Shown: positions 41,918 through 51,910 of the stretch, piece after piece | Layout of the letters: each line of letters starts with the position of its first letter | Numbering within the stretch: position 1 is the first letter of the stretch | From: an uncultured cyanobacterium | GTDB lineage: Bacteria; Cyanobacteriota; Cyanobacteriia; Cyanobacteriales; CAWUOF01 | Assembly: GCA_963744145.1 (NCBI GenBank) | Contig: CAVUSO010000001.1 | Coordinates: forward strand, 2,272,001 to 2,336,000 | Reading direction: 5' to 3' | Length of the DNA stretch: 64,000 bases | Program-made: the position numbers and the translations under genes | The notes under the pieces: generated by a model | The model's database searches: none | What the model was told of the DNA's origin: nothing | What the model saw: only the letters and a program-made list of their open reading frames with translations

Positions 41918-44314
41918 TTATTGTGTTCCTTCACTTAAATCAAGCAGTGGTTTTAATAAGTTGCGTTCTTCGATCGGAAGTTCTAGTAAGATACGGCGAT
42001 CGCTTTTACTTTCCCGATACCTAACAGCTATATTGAGAAAACGGATAGGGATTTGGAATTCGGAGCGATCGCTTGTTAGTTTCTGCCATACTTCTAACCA
42101 CGTTCTTACTGCTTTATCGTTGACTACTTCTGACATTAACATGGGGATACTTGCTACAAGTCCCTGTCCTAATGTGGAGATAACTTTGTAACGCTCATAA
42201 AGCGATATCAGTGTTTTAATTAGAGTTTTCCATATCTCTCTATCTTGCTCAAAATTGAACAGATTGTTGAGAATTGCTTTGGTGTTGTCGATGTTGAGAA
42301 CATCTACATCTGCAAAATAACTGAGTGCCTTTTCTAAAGCTAGGATACCTTCATCCCAACGACTTAGTACTAGTAAACACCCAGCACGGTTAAGGAAAAC
42401 ATACCGATCTCGATAACCAAGATTTATTGCTTTTTCAAGAGATATTAATGCTTGTTCATAGCGTCCGAGCTGACATAACACCCAGGCTCGATTATTCCAA
42501 ATAGTTGCGTAATAAGGTGGAAATTCTTCGGAAAATTGATCTTCAAGTTCAATTACTTTGTTGAAGGACTCTAAAGATTCCTCATAACGCCCTAATTTGA
42601 CAAGTAAATAGCCTCGTTCCAACCAAACTTCTGTTTCATTCGGGTTTAACTCAACAACCTTTTGATAACATTCCCAAGCTTCCTCATTTCGTCCTAGGTT
42701 TACTAAGATTTTGCCCATTTGAAACCAGACTAAAGCTTCTTGGGGATCGAGTTCAATTACCTTAGTAATAAATTTTAATGCTTCTTCATAGCGCTCCAGA
42801 TCGACTGATATAAGAATTTGGCCATACCAAGCCCATATATTTTTTGCATCCATCTCAATTGCTTTGTCAAGAGACACTTGTGCTTCCTTGCAATGTCCAA
42901 GAATTTTTAAGCAGTATCCCTGTAATATCCATTCCAACGTTTGACCGCGAAATTTTACCAATTTTTGGGTTACTTCCAGAGCCTGAATAAAATCGTTTTT
43001 ATGCAAGTAATTTTCATACTCATATAAATAGGCCATTACCCGTGGATCTTCTCCATCTTCTTTTGCAATTTCTAATGCTTTCAGCAGATATTCTCGCTCT
43101 AGTACGTCATCTGGTAACACTTCTAATCGCTGTTGCAACTCTGTTTGCGAATACCAGCATCGCAAAAAGTCTACAAATAAGCGAATTGGCTCACGTCGCT
43201 GCTTCTTAACATCCATACAAAAGCGCATCAGTGGCTCTTTCAGCTCATAATAAGACTCGCCTCCAATTGATTCAGCATAAACATAACCCATCTCTCGTAA
43301 ATTCTTTAACTGACTAGATGCTGTTTGGTGAGTGATAAAACAACATTGGGCAATTTCTTTGACAGTAACAGCATAGCGACGATCACACAAAAAGTCCACA
43401 ATTCCTCGCTGCTGAGGTGAAAGATGCACCATCCTTGACTGATAATAAGGTGTCAAATTATCCAGTGTTCGCATAAATGGTTCTACCAGTTCATCTAGCA
43501 ACTCGCGGGTTAGGAATTGGGAGAAAATAACATAGACGCGGGGGTTGCCCCCAGCTAGGTGATGAACTGCTTTAATTCGAGCTTGTCCAGTTGGAGTTTG
43601 AATGAAAGATTCTAATTCGCGATCGCTTTCTAATTTAGCTACATTTATCAATAGTTGGGTGGCATCTTCTGGTGTCAAATCCTTAAGCTCACGGATGCGA
43701 AAAAAGCCATAAAAGGGATTTTTTCGCAGTTTTACCCCATTAAACAAACTTGGCGATGTTGCCACAATTGTAAAAAAATCATTCTGTTGCAAAAAAGCAC
43801 GGAATCGTTTCTGACCAGACTCTCCTAATCCAGCAAATACCTCATCTAAGTTTTCTATAAGTAGGAGTAAAGTACGATTTTCAATAAATTCTTTAAGTAA
43901 GTCTGCGGCTGTATATTCAGCAGTCTCTGGCGATTGATAAAGCGCCTCTACCTTTTGCTTCAGCTTGGTATTATATTCTTCTGGATATTCTTTCTCGATC
44001 GCCGCAAAAATCCTTAACAACAACTTTAAAAATGACGTGATACTCCATTCTTCCTCTCGTAACCAGGCAATAAGAAGGCGATCACGCAAATCCTCCATTT
44101 TCGATATGCGGTGATAAATTAGTGAAACTAGATGGGTTTTGCCAATTCCACGGGGACCAATGAGTAGGGTGTAATGCTTTGCTGGTGTAATCGCACTGTC
44201 CCGAATCAGTTCAACCAGATGCTGTGCTAGCTGTTGACGCTGGACAAAAATTCCTTCCAACACTTCTGGTGTCATTGAACTAGGAGTGAAGCGAGAAATA
44301 AAAGTTGCTTTCAT
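41918..44314 (-). CDS. P-loop ATPase + winged HTH + TPR protein (STAND-like)
   Basis: GPRGIGKT; atypical Walker B LLIENLD; GGNPR; HTH VKEIAQ...QTASSQLKNL; several TPRs. ATG at 44314 overlaps the upstream stop (ATGA). Confidence 0.8.
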   Translation of the reverse strand: MKATFISRFTPSSMTPEVLEGIFVQRQQLAQHLVELIRDSAITPAKHYTLLIGPRGIGKTHLVSLIYHRISKMEDLRDRLLIAWLREEEWSITSFLKLLLRIFAAIEKEYPEEYNTKLKQKVEALYQSPETAEYTAADLLKEFIENRTLLLLIENLDEVFAGLGESGQKRFRAFLQQNDFFTIVATSPSLFNGVKLRKNPFYGFFRIRELKDLTPEDATQLLINVAKLESDRELESFIQTPTGQARIKAVHHLAGGNPRVYVIFSQFLTRELLDELVEPFMRTLDNLTPYYQSRMVHLSPQQRGIVDFLCDRRYAVTVKEIAQCCFITHQTASSQLKNLREMGYVYAESIGGESYYELKEPLMRFCMDVKKQRREPIRLFVDFLRCWYSQTELQQRLEVLPDDVLEREYLLKALEIAKEDGEDPRVMAYLYEYENYLHKNDFIQALEVTQKLVKFRGQTLEWILQGYCLKILGHCKEAQVSLDKAIEMDAKNIWAWYGQILISVDLERYEEALKFITKVIELDPQEALVWFQMGKILVNLGRNEEAWECYQKVVELNPNETEVWLERGYLLVKLGRYEESLESFNKVIELEDQFSEEFPPYYATIWNNRAWVLCQLGRYEQALISLEKAINLGYRDRYVFLNRAGCLLVLSRWDEGILALEKALSYFADVDVLNIDNTKAILNNLFNFEQDREIWKTLIKTLISLYERYKVISTLGQGLVASIPMLMSEVVNDKAVRTWLEVWQKLTSDRSEFQIPIRFLNIAVRYRESKSDRRILLELPIEERNLLKPLLDLSEGTQ

Positions 44315-45483
44315 CCTAAACCTCTGTGTTGTCGCCAGTAGCGTTGAATTAGCTGATATCGAAAGCAAAATGTGCCATCAGATTTCTGAATAATGTAGTG
44401 ATCCCGCTGGATTAGCGTCAAAACATCCCGTACTTTTTCAATATTGGCATTAGCTAGACAAGCTAAAAGCTGATTGTATAGATCATTAAAAGATAGTGGT
44501 ACTAATGCCAAAGCCAAAATGTCCAACAAGTTTAGTGCTAGCGGTATTTCATCACTCAGATAGTAATTGTCAATGCGATCGCGATAGTGGCGTAAATCCC
44601 AACGATCTTGGGGATCGCTGAGGTAATTATTAACGATCTGATCGGCAATAATTGAGTCAACTGGATTATCCTGCTGCACCATCTCGTCAACAATGTGGTG
44701 AATGAAGTAGGGTATACAGTCAGCCGCATTAGCGATCGCCTTCGCAGTTATGATTAGATCATCGGTCTGAATGTTTTCTCCTTCAAGTAATCGCCGTGCT
44801 AAATCTTGAGCATCAGCATCTGACAGAGGTGGCACATCCTCTTTCTGCATATCATTAGTTGGAGCGTTTTTATATCCTGCTCTTTTCAGGGAAGTGAGGA
44901 CGTTGTGCAAACCAATTGAACCTGTAAAAACCATCCTTAAGCTGTCGTAAGTTTGCCGGAGCGATCGCAAAGTATCTAGCACTTCCATTGCTACTGTTTC
45001 ACCCGAATCTTGCTTAATGTTATCAAGCATTAGTGGCATCTCATCCCAGAAAAAAACTACCGTGCGGTCTTTTTGATTCTCTACCAGGTCTGCGATAGTT
45101 TTGGTTAGCAGAATTTTCCATTGGTCAGCAACCTCATTTGGAAATTTGATGATGCCACCAATCTCTACACCTTTCATAATTTTCAGCCATTCTCGTGCTT
45201 TGCCCTTAGTTTGTCCTAAAACAGTTAAATGTCCTTCTAAATCATTAAAAACTGTCTGAGCAAATTCCAGTGGCGATCGTACTCCCTCCAGTTCTCGGTA
45301 AATTGGTAACTTATCGGATGGTGGTTCCGCAGTCATTTTCTTGATAATGCTTGTTTTACCCATCCGTCGCTCTGCACTCAGAACAAGACTTTGCCGCTCC
45401 AGAATTCGCCACAAGCGTTGAATCAGTTTCTCTCTTCCTACAACTTCAGACGGAGGAATTTTGCCTCCTGGATTGACTCTCAT
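44311..45483 (-). CDS. P-loop ATPase (archaeal-ATPase/STAND-like)
   Basis: VGRE, AERRMGKTS, FFWDE, FTGSIG, PYFIH; C-terminal wHTH-like segment. Confidence 0.8.
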   Translation of the reverse strand: MRVNPGGKIPPSEVVGREKLIQRLWRILERQSLVLSAERRMGKTSIIKKMTAEPPSDKLPIYRELEGVRSPLEFAQTVFNDLEGHLTVLGQTKGKAREWLKIMKGVEIGGIIKFPNEVADQWKILLTKTIADLVENQKDRTVVFFWDEMPLMLDNIKQDSGETVAMEVLDTLRSLRQTYDSLRMVFTGSIGLHNVLTSLKRAGYKNAPTNDMQKEDVPPLSDADAQDLARRLLEGENIQTDDLIITAKAIANAADCIPYFIHHIVDEMVQQDNPVDSIIADQIVNNYLSDPQDRWDLRHYRDRIDNYYLSDEIPLALNLLDILALALVPLSFNDLYNQLLACLANANIEKVRDVLTLIQRDHYIIQKSDGTFCFRYQLIQRYWRQHRGLG

Positions 45484-45748
45484 TTTTTATGCTACCTTTT
45501 AATCCATATTTTTTTATTATACGTCAAAAATAACGTAGATAGTAGGGGCGTTGCTGACAAATTATAACAACAAAAATGCGATCGAGTGAATAATTCAGTT
45601 AAGCGTAGTGTGCGAGTCAGAAACTGGGATTGTAGACTATATATTGAGGTAGATTTAAAGAGCAACATTGGAGATAAATGGGATAACATCGCTACTACTA
45701 GATTTGTTAGACGAGGTTGGCGGTTTTAGGATCATATTGAGGGTAGCA

Positions 45749-47887
45749 TTAGCGGATAAAAAGATTACATCTAGGGCAATTTTGTCCACTTTTACCTTGT
45801 CCTGTACAAGCTCCACAATAAGGACAAATTTCTCTGATTCGTCCCGATTCTGGCACTTCATTAGACTCACATAGTGCTGAAAGTTGATCTCGTCCCAACA
45901 ATTGTTCTCGTGCCATCGCATGAACAGCGTCGTATGAAGACACATCTGCTTTTGATGTTGGTGGTTTCATTTTTAATGGTTCAAGTTTGGGAATAGGATT
46001 CTTACACTTGTCACATTCTCGCCAACTCCATTTAGCTGCACACTTGGGACATTTGCCTTCATTATCCTTAAATTTCGATCGCACACTGCTAAGGTCAGCA
46101 TCACATACCGGACACAAAGACGGATGGATACCATAAAGTAAATCCACCCCTAAAGTATGAAAGCGGAAAAACCGTTGGAATCGCTCCAATGTACTTAAAT
46201 CCAACGGACTAGCAGGCATCATACCAACACGATAACCAGCATTATGATTAACAAATAACTTATAATCCTCTGAAGTCATAAATTTTTCACCAATATTTAG
46301 CATTCGTTGAATTGACTCTGGTGCTACCTTCCTCATTTTTCGATCGCGCGGATCGGTTGGGTGTACGAGCAACACGGAAATCCTCTTCTGGTTATGATTG
46401 CGGTTTTGTTGTTTGGCAACTTTATTAGTTGGAACGACTAGGGTTTTGCCATTATGATAAAGAGTATCTACAGTCTTTTTGACTTCATCATGATTACCAA
46501 AAAGCGATCGCGCTACTGGAATTATTACCAGTTGAATATGAGTTGGATGAGATGGCGATCGCTGATTACCATTAGATTGCCAGATTAAATCTATATTTAT
46601 ATTCAAAGTTCTTTGATCGGGAGGTTGCACTACAACAGTCCACCCTTCCCACTGTAATGCTTGATTAAACTCTAACTCTGGTGGGAAATTCTCAGGTTTA
46701 GTATTTGCACTATCAAACCCAATCCAACGCAGAGCTAACAGCACACAGCCATAGATATACTTGGCATAATCTAACTGGATGCTACACCGACTCGGACTTT
46801 GTTCTGCTAAGTTAGGATTTTGAACTCCTGCAATTATCTCCCATAACTGGCTGATGCGCCGATAATCCGAATCCATTTTCAAAATATTGGTCGGTTTTAA
46901 AGGTGATACCACATCCGGTTTACTAGATAGACTTTTATAAAGAACTGAGTCTAAACAACTGCTGACCTCAGTATATAAACGGCTAATTTTAGCTCTCAGT
47001 TCCTTGGATTTTTCGTATTCTTGTGAATGGTCTTGTTCAAGTATTGTATCTAGATTTTTCCAGAGTTTCTTGAGCCTCTGATCTCGGAGCCAATTGTATT
47101 GATATCCGGTAAATAAATTTTCATGTAGTGTCTCTATTTGATAATAGGCACGATTTACTTCACGAAGTCGCTCTTCTAACCATCCGAGTAACCGTCGAAT
47201 TAGGGTGGCGACCACCCGATTTTCATACAAGTCTAGTGTTTCTTCAGGTACTTCACTGATAATTCGAGCAGGAGTAATGCGTGTTGCAGTACGAGACTGC
47301 CATAATTCTGGTCGAGACGCTAAATGTTCGATGGCATTTGGTGGAATACGTCTAGCGCGGTCGATCGGCATTACTCGACGTTCTACTATCAATGTCCGCC
47401 TGGGTTTACTACATATTCTAATTAAAGAAGGTAAAGTTTCTGCGATCGCATCGTCGATGTTCAATGCTTTCTGATCCGTCAGAGAATCGCGAATAGTACC
47501 GGGAGAAAAAAACGGCAGACATAATAGTTCTTCTTTTGATAAGCTGGGCGAAAGTTTGTTAGCTTGATTTGCAAAAAGAACCAAAGCATCTACCATCACT
47601 TCATCAAGAAGTGTCTGCGATGGCACCTCAAACTTATACCGCCCAATAATTATTCCGACCGGTTGAGAAATCCGCACAGAGCAGCATCCCTCAGCATCAA
47701 CTAAAATTGGCAAATCGCCAGTATGTTCTTGCTTATTGTCGTTGAATGCAATTTCTATTTCGCCATCTTCAGTAGTGCAGTTAATCCGTATTCGGTAGTC
47801 GTCAATACTATCTAAATGACGACGTTCCCCAGGTTGAACAACTTCTAACTCACCAGTCCACCGATTAACTAAAGAAAGAGTTACCAT
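45749..47887 (-). CDS. McrC-like DUF2357 protein with C-terminal Cys-rich Zn/FeS-binding region (CnuCD-like)
   Basis: PRRTL...DLYENRVV...PTNILKMDSDYR (DUF2357-like); CPVC, CPKC, CDKC, CPYC, CPRC; no clear DAKY catalytic motif. Confidence 0.7.
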   Translation of the reverse strand: MVTLSLVNRWTGELEVVQPGERRHLDSIDDYRIRINCTTEDGEIEIAFNDNKQEHTGDLPILVDAEGCCSVRISQPVGIIIGRYKFEVPSQTLLDEVMVDALVLFANQANKLSPSLSKEELLCLPFFSPGTIRDSLTDQKALNIDDAIAETLPSLIRICSKPRRTLIVERRVMPIDRARRIPPNAIEHLASRPELWQSRTATRITPARIISEVPEETLDLYENRVVATLIRRLLGWLEERLREVNRAYYQIETLHENLFTGYQYNWLRDQRLKKLWKNLDTILEQDHSQEYEKSKELRAKISRLYTEVSSCLDSVLYKSLSSKPDVVSPLKPTNILKMDSDYRRISQLWEIIAGVQNPNLAEQSPSRCSIQLDYAKYIYGCVLLALRWIGFDSANTKPENFPPELEFNQALQWEGWTVVVQPPDQRTLNINIDLIWQSNGNQRSPSHPTHIQLVIIPVARSLFGNHDEVKKTVDTLYHNGKTLVVPTNKVAKQQNRNHNQKRISVLLVHPTDPRDRKMRKVAPESIQRMLNIGEKFMTSEDYKLFVNHNAGYRVGMMPASPLDLSTLERFQRFFRFHTLGVDLLYGIHPSLCPVCDADLSSVRSKFKDNEGKCPKCAAKWSWRECDKCKNPIPKLEPLKMKPPTSKADVSSYDAVHAMAREQLLGRDQLSALCESNEVPESGRIREICPYCGACTGQGKSGQNCPRCNLFIR

Positions 47888-47890
47888 AGC

Positions 47891-50242
47891 CTACCGTTTA
47901 AATTTATTAATCTCGCGATCGAGCAAATCAAGAGATATAGCAGGATTGTCCAGGGAATTATCATTAAAATGCTGCTTAATTGTATCTCTTACTTCTTGCA
48001 GCCTAGAGCGCACATTAGGATCAGTTCGATTTTGGACTTGCCAAAGTAACTTCCTAGCTATAAAGTGATCTAACCCGTTGCTTAATGAACCCCCTGTTGC
48101 TTTATAAGCAGGAAGAAAGATCAACAATTGATCCAATAAACGTTGTCCGTAACCTACTTGGAAATATTCATCCAGTTTTGCACCAATCTTCTTAATACAA
48201 TCATTAGTAGTTGCTCGCTCTTTTGGGGAAAAACTTTCGATCGCATTCTTCACAGCTTTGCGAAAGTCTAAAATATTTAGGCTAGCTGCTTGTGTAGAAG
48301 ATAATTTTTCTTGTTGGGGTGCTTTATCTATTTGCAGAATTTGGGCACGATCATATACTTTGCGAGTAATTTCGTAAGTGGACTCATCTGTATTAGCGGT
48401 GCCAATAAACCAAACATTATCAGGAATCGGTAGGTTCACAGCCCCATTTTTCAATTTCAGTCCTTTAGGAAGATTACCGCTTGTAGGGTCGTGATTTAGA
48501 AGTTCAATCTCTCTATCTTCTAGACGACCTTCCATAATCGAGAGCAGATCAGCAAAATAGTATTCTACCCGCGATAAATTCATTTCATCTAATACAATAA
48601 AATAGGGATAATCACGATAGGATTTGGTTCCAGCTTCATAAAGCGCTCTCGAAAAGGGAGATTCATTAAAAACCCGGAAGAAAGAATTGTAAGACCCTAG
48701 TAAATCCAGTTTATCTCGCCAACTAGACTGCACCTCGATTCTGGCAAATTTTCCACCGACTGCGTAAGAAAAATATTCTGGTAAGCTAGTCTTACCTGTA
48801 CCACTCACCCCTTGGATAATAATTAATTTGGAAGATGCCATTGAAGCAATAAATGCCTGAATTATATGCACATCATAATAGTGGGCAAAAAGCGAACTTT
48901 CAGCTTGCCCTGTTTCTAATTCTTCGCGAGTTGGTAAACTTGCCATCCAAGTACGAGTTTGATGAGCCAACTTATTAAGGGTATTAACATTTTCCCTCTC
49001 AATATTGTCAGGGACATGATTAGTTTCACTATCAATTTCAGCAAAGTTTGCAAAGGCTTGAATTTTCTTATCTTTAAGAGTCCCCAGCATTCGCTCTAAG
49101 TCTTCTATTTGTTCTTTCCAATATTCATTAAGTAGTTTGAGTCTATCTCTTTCTTTGCGGAGATTTTCAGTTTCTTCTCTTCCTCTTTCTTGCTGGCGGC
49201 GGATGCGTTCTAAATCATCGACTTTAGCTTGTAAATCCCGATACATTGCCTCGAAATCGATTGCAGCTTCAGCACGACGACGCAATTCAGTAAGTTCCGC
49301 TTCTGACGGATATTGCTCAAGAATTTGCTCGTACTCTCGCAGCTTATTCTCCAGTATTGTATTCTCTTGCAACAGTCTTTCTGGTGAACCTGATGTAGAT
49401 TGAAGAATATTTTTACTTTGTTGTAATTCTTCTATAAGCCGATAATTTTGTTGTTCGATAACTTCAATCCGTTGCTGAATACCTTTTTTTTCAGCTGTTA
49501 ATCTATTGACCGCATCTTCTGAGCAATTACGCTCACGTTCAGCTATTTCTCGTTCCTTCTGTTGCAATTTTTTCTTTTGTTCAGTAAGCCGGTTATTTTC
49601 ATCTTTAATGTCTTGCTCTCGATCTTCAATGTCTTGTTCTCGGCGTTTAACTTGCCTTTGTAAATTGCGAATATTATCTTCTCTTGTTTGAATTGACTTT
49701 TCTTTCTCATCGGCTTCTTGGCGACGTAATTCTAGCTCCTGAAGCGTTTTTTCTCTGGTTCTTTGGCGGTGTTCACTTGCTAGAGATTGTGCGTCTTCAA
49801 TAATTTTATCAGCTTCATTCTGAGCATTACTCTTAATATTTTGAGCTTCACTGATTATTTCTTCTGCTTGTATCTTTGCAGCTTGAACAATCCGTTCTCG
49901 CTCTTTTTTAATTTCCTGTTCTTTTTGGATTTTCCACCCTTGACGAGCAGATGCTTCTAACTCTTTAAATCCATTGATAGCTTGTTGTTCCTTATTATCC
50001 AATTCCTCCCTTCTTTTAAGAAATTCATCTTCTTCTGCTTTATATTTTTCTAATTCGGATTCTAGTTCCTTGATTTTTTTTTGAAGCTGTTGTGGATCTT
50101 GAGACTGAGCATTAACATTGACTGGATTTTGAATAGATGCAACAGGACTAGTAGGTTTCACAGTAGATTCAACCTTTGCTGGTGGTTGCGAAGGTAGATT
50201 AGAGCGAGTTTGATTTACATTTCTTCTATTCTTATTAGCCAT
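47891..50242 (-). CDS. Coiled-coil McrB-family AAA+ GTPase (CnuB-like)
   Basis: About 340-aa coiled coil; GVSGTGKT; LDEMNLSRVEYYFADLLS; GTANTDEST...KVYDRA (NxD signature). Confidence 0.85.
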   Translation of the reverse strand: MANKNRRNVNQTRSNLPSQPPAKVESTVKPTSPVASIQNPVNVNAQSQDPQQLQKKIKELESELEKYKAEEDEFLKRREELDNKEQQAINGFKELEASARQGWKIQKEQEIKKERERIVQAAKIQAEEIISEAQNIKSNAQNEADKIIEDAQSLASEHRQRTREKTLQELELRRQEADEKEKSIQTREDNIRNLQRQVKRREQDIEDREQDIKDENNRLTEQKKKLQQKEREIAERERNCSEDAVNRLTAEKKGIQQRIEVIEQQNYRLIEELQQSKNILQSTSGSPERLLQENTILENKLREYEQILEQYPSEAELTELRRRAEAAIDFEAMYRDLQAKVDDLERIRRQQERGREETENLRKERDRLKLLNEYWKEQIEDLERMLGTLKDKKIQAFANFAEIDSETNHVPDNIERENVNTLNKLAHQTRTWMASLPTREELETGQAESSLFAHYYDVHIIQAFIASMASSKLIIIQGVSGTGKTSLPEYFSYAVGGKFARIEVQSSWRDKLDLLGSYNSFFRVFNESPFSRALYEAGTKSYRDYPYFIVLDEMNLSRVEYYFADLLSIMEGRLEDREIELLNHDPTSGNLPKGLKLKNGAVNLPIPDNVWFIGTANTDESTYEITRKVYDRAQILQIDKAPQQEKLSSTQAASLNILDFRKAVKNAIESFSPKERATTNDCIKKIGAKLDEYFQVGYGQRLLDQLLIFLPAYKATGGSLSNGLDHFIARKLLWQVQNRTDPNVRSRLQEVRDTIKQHFNDNSLDNPAISLDLLDREINKFKR

Positions 50243-50260
50243 TTATACCTCTGACTATCA

Positions 50261-51910
50261 TTAGCTGATTAGTAAGCGCCATGCTTTGATAACAGAACGG
50301 ACAATTTGATAGGTTTTTGCAACTAAATCCTGAACCAAAATGATGGGATCATTGTGACTTTCACCTGCATGAGCGCCGAACTGGTTACGGTTTTGAGTAA
50401 TCTGGTCTAAATCTGATAAAAAAGCAGGATTTTCTTGTAGTAGGTGTTCAAGAATGCGTCGATGTAAGCTAGATTTTCGACTAGATGACAATAGAAATGT
50501 AGCAATGTATGGACGTAAGGAATTTGGATCACCATCAAGGACACTACGAATTGCTCCTAGTTTAGTACATAAAATTCGCTCAGGGATCTCGCTTGTGGAA
50601 CAAGCTTGAACTGTATCGCTCAAACATTGTTTTAACGCATTTTCCTTTTTGTAGGATTCCCAAATATTATCAGGTATTGTATCAACTTTTAGTAAAGATA
50701 TCATTAATTGCTCTAAAACCCTTTGAACTCGTGTGAGCGTTGTATCTATCTCATTAAATCCACTTTCTAAAAACGATCGCGATTGTTCCATCCGTTCAAT
50801 TTCTTCCCAAACTGGCTCCCATAATGGATCAGGAGGTTGTCCAATCTCCAAAACTACTTTATTGTAAACTTGACGTGCTACAGTAACAGGTTCAAGATTG
50901 GGAGGTTGTTTAGATTTCCAGATTTGACGGCTATGAGATTGTAAATCTTCTACAATTTTCTTACCCTCTTCACATTGGGATGTGGCAAAATTTAGTAAGC
51001 GGACCCAACGAAAACCATCGGGAAGCCCAAAGGGACAACGGATCGAAAATAAACCATCATAAGATCCTGTAATAATGCAAGATACTAACAAATAAAAACG
51101 TTGCGATCGCTTATTCAAAAAGCGTACTCTAAATTTTTCTCCTAGTTCGGCTTTTTTAGGTTTTTTAATTGGTAAGTTATCGATTTCACGAATTTTAATA
51201 AACTCACCGACATCAACTGAAGGATGATCATCGTTAGTTGGCTCTTGAACTCGTTTGAACAAACGGCGGTATGTTTCTATTGCCAATATAACATTAGAAG
51301 TATTAGGAGGAGTTAAATTTTGCTTAATCCAAGGTAGTTGAAAAGCTTGGGTAATATTCGAGCGATTGGGGTCAGCAAAATAGAGATTTTCTGTATAAAA
51401 AAAAGGAAGCAACTCTCCTGCTGTAGCATCTTGAAAAATCCAACCATAGCTGGTTCTTTCTTCCTCCCCTTCACCTTCCTGTTGGAGAATTTTTTCTCCT
51501 TTTTCAGTCAGACGACCATGATTATCAAGATAGTCTTGATTTTTCAAGTCCATCATAACATTAAAGAGGAAATCTTTGTGCTGTCCCATTAATTTTGCTT
51601 GCTCTTGATGGCTGATGATTCCAGCACGAGCTAAACGTAAAGAAGTCAGTTGTAGTAAATCTAATTGCCGATCTGTCACTTGAGGAGCAGCAATTCTCCA
51701 TCCATAAACGGGCCATAAAATAGTCTGCTGGTAATCATTCTGAGCTTCATCTGGTCGAATAAATCTGAGAATTCCCACATTTGGCTCTCTAGGTTCTCCA
51801 TCTGAACCGCGATCGCTAGACAAAGGTAGAGGAAATTCATCCTCAAAAAGTAGTTCCTCATCGTCAAATTCAAAGGACATATTGTTATCTTCGCGTTCAG
51901 ATGTCTGCAT
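50261..51910 (-). CDS. wHTH + HEPN-like effector (CnuE-like)
   Basis: N-terminal wHTH ending GRLTEKG; FQDATAGELLP; C-terminal RNQFGAH (Rx5H HEPN motif). Start at 51910 or 51880. Confidence 0.65.
   Translation of the reverse strand: MQTSEREDNNMSFEFDDEELLFEDEFPLPLSSDRGSDGEPREPNVGILRFIRPDEAQNDYQQTILWPVYGWRIAAPQVTDRQLDLLQLTSLRLARAGIISHQEQAKLMGQHKDFLFNVMMDLKNQDYLDNHGRLTEKGEKILQQEGEGEEERTSYGWIFQDATAGELLPFFYTENLYFADPNRSNITQAFQLPWIKQNLTPPNTSNVILAIETYRRLFKRVQEPTNDDHPSVDVGEFIKIREIDNLPIKKPKKAELGEKFRVRFLNKRSQRFYLLVSCIITGSYDGLFSIRCPFGLPDGFRWVRLLNFATSQCEEGKKIVEDLQSHSRQIWKSKQPPNLEPVTVARQVYNKVVLEIGQPPDPLWEPVWEEIERMEQSRSFLESGFNEIDTTLTRVQRVLEQLMISLLKVDTIPDNIWESYKKENALKQCLSDTVQACSTSEIPERILCTKLGAIRSVLDGDPNSLRPYIATFLLSSSRKSSLHRRILEHLLQENPAFLSDLDQITQNRNQFGAHAGESHNDPIILVQDLVAKTYQIVRSVIKAWRLLIS

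Noticed and set aside
45492..45945. Short ORFs between the McrC-like gene and the ATPase pair
   Set aside because: Overlapping alternative frames without motifs.
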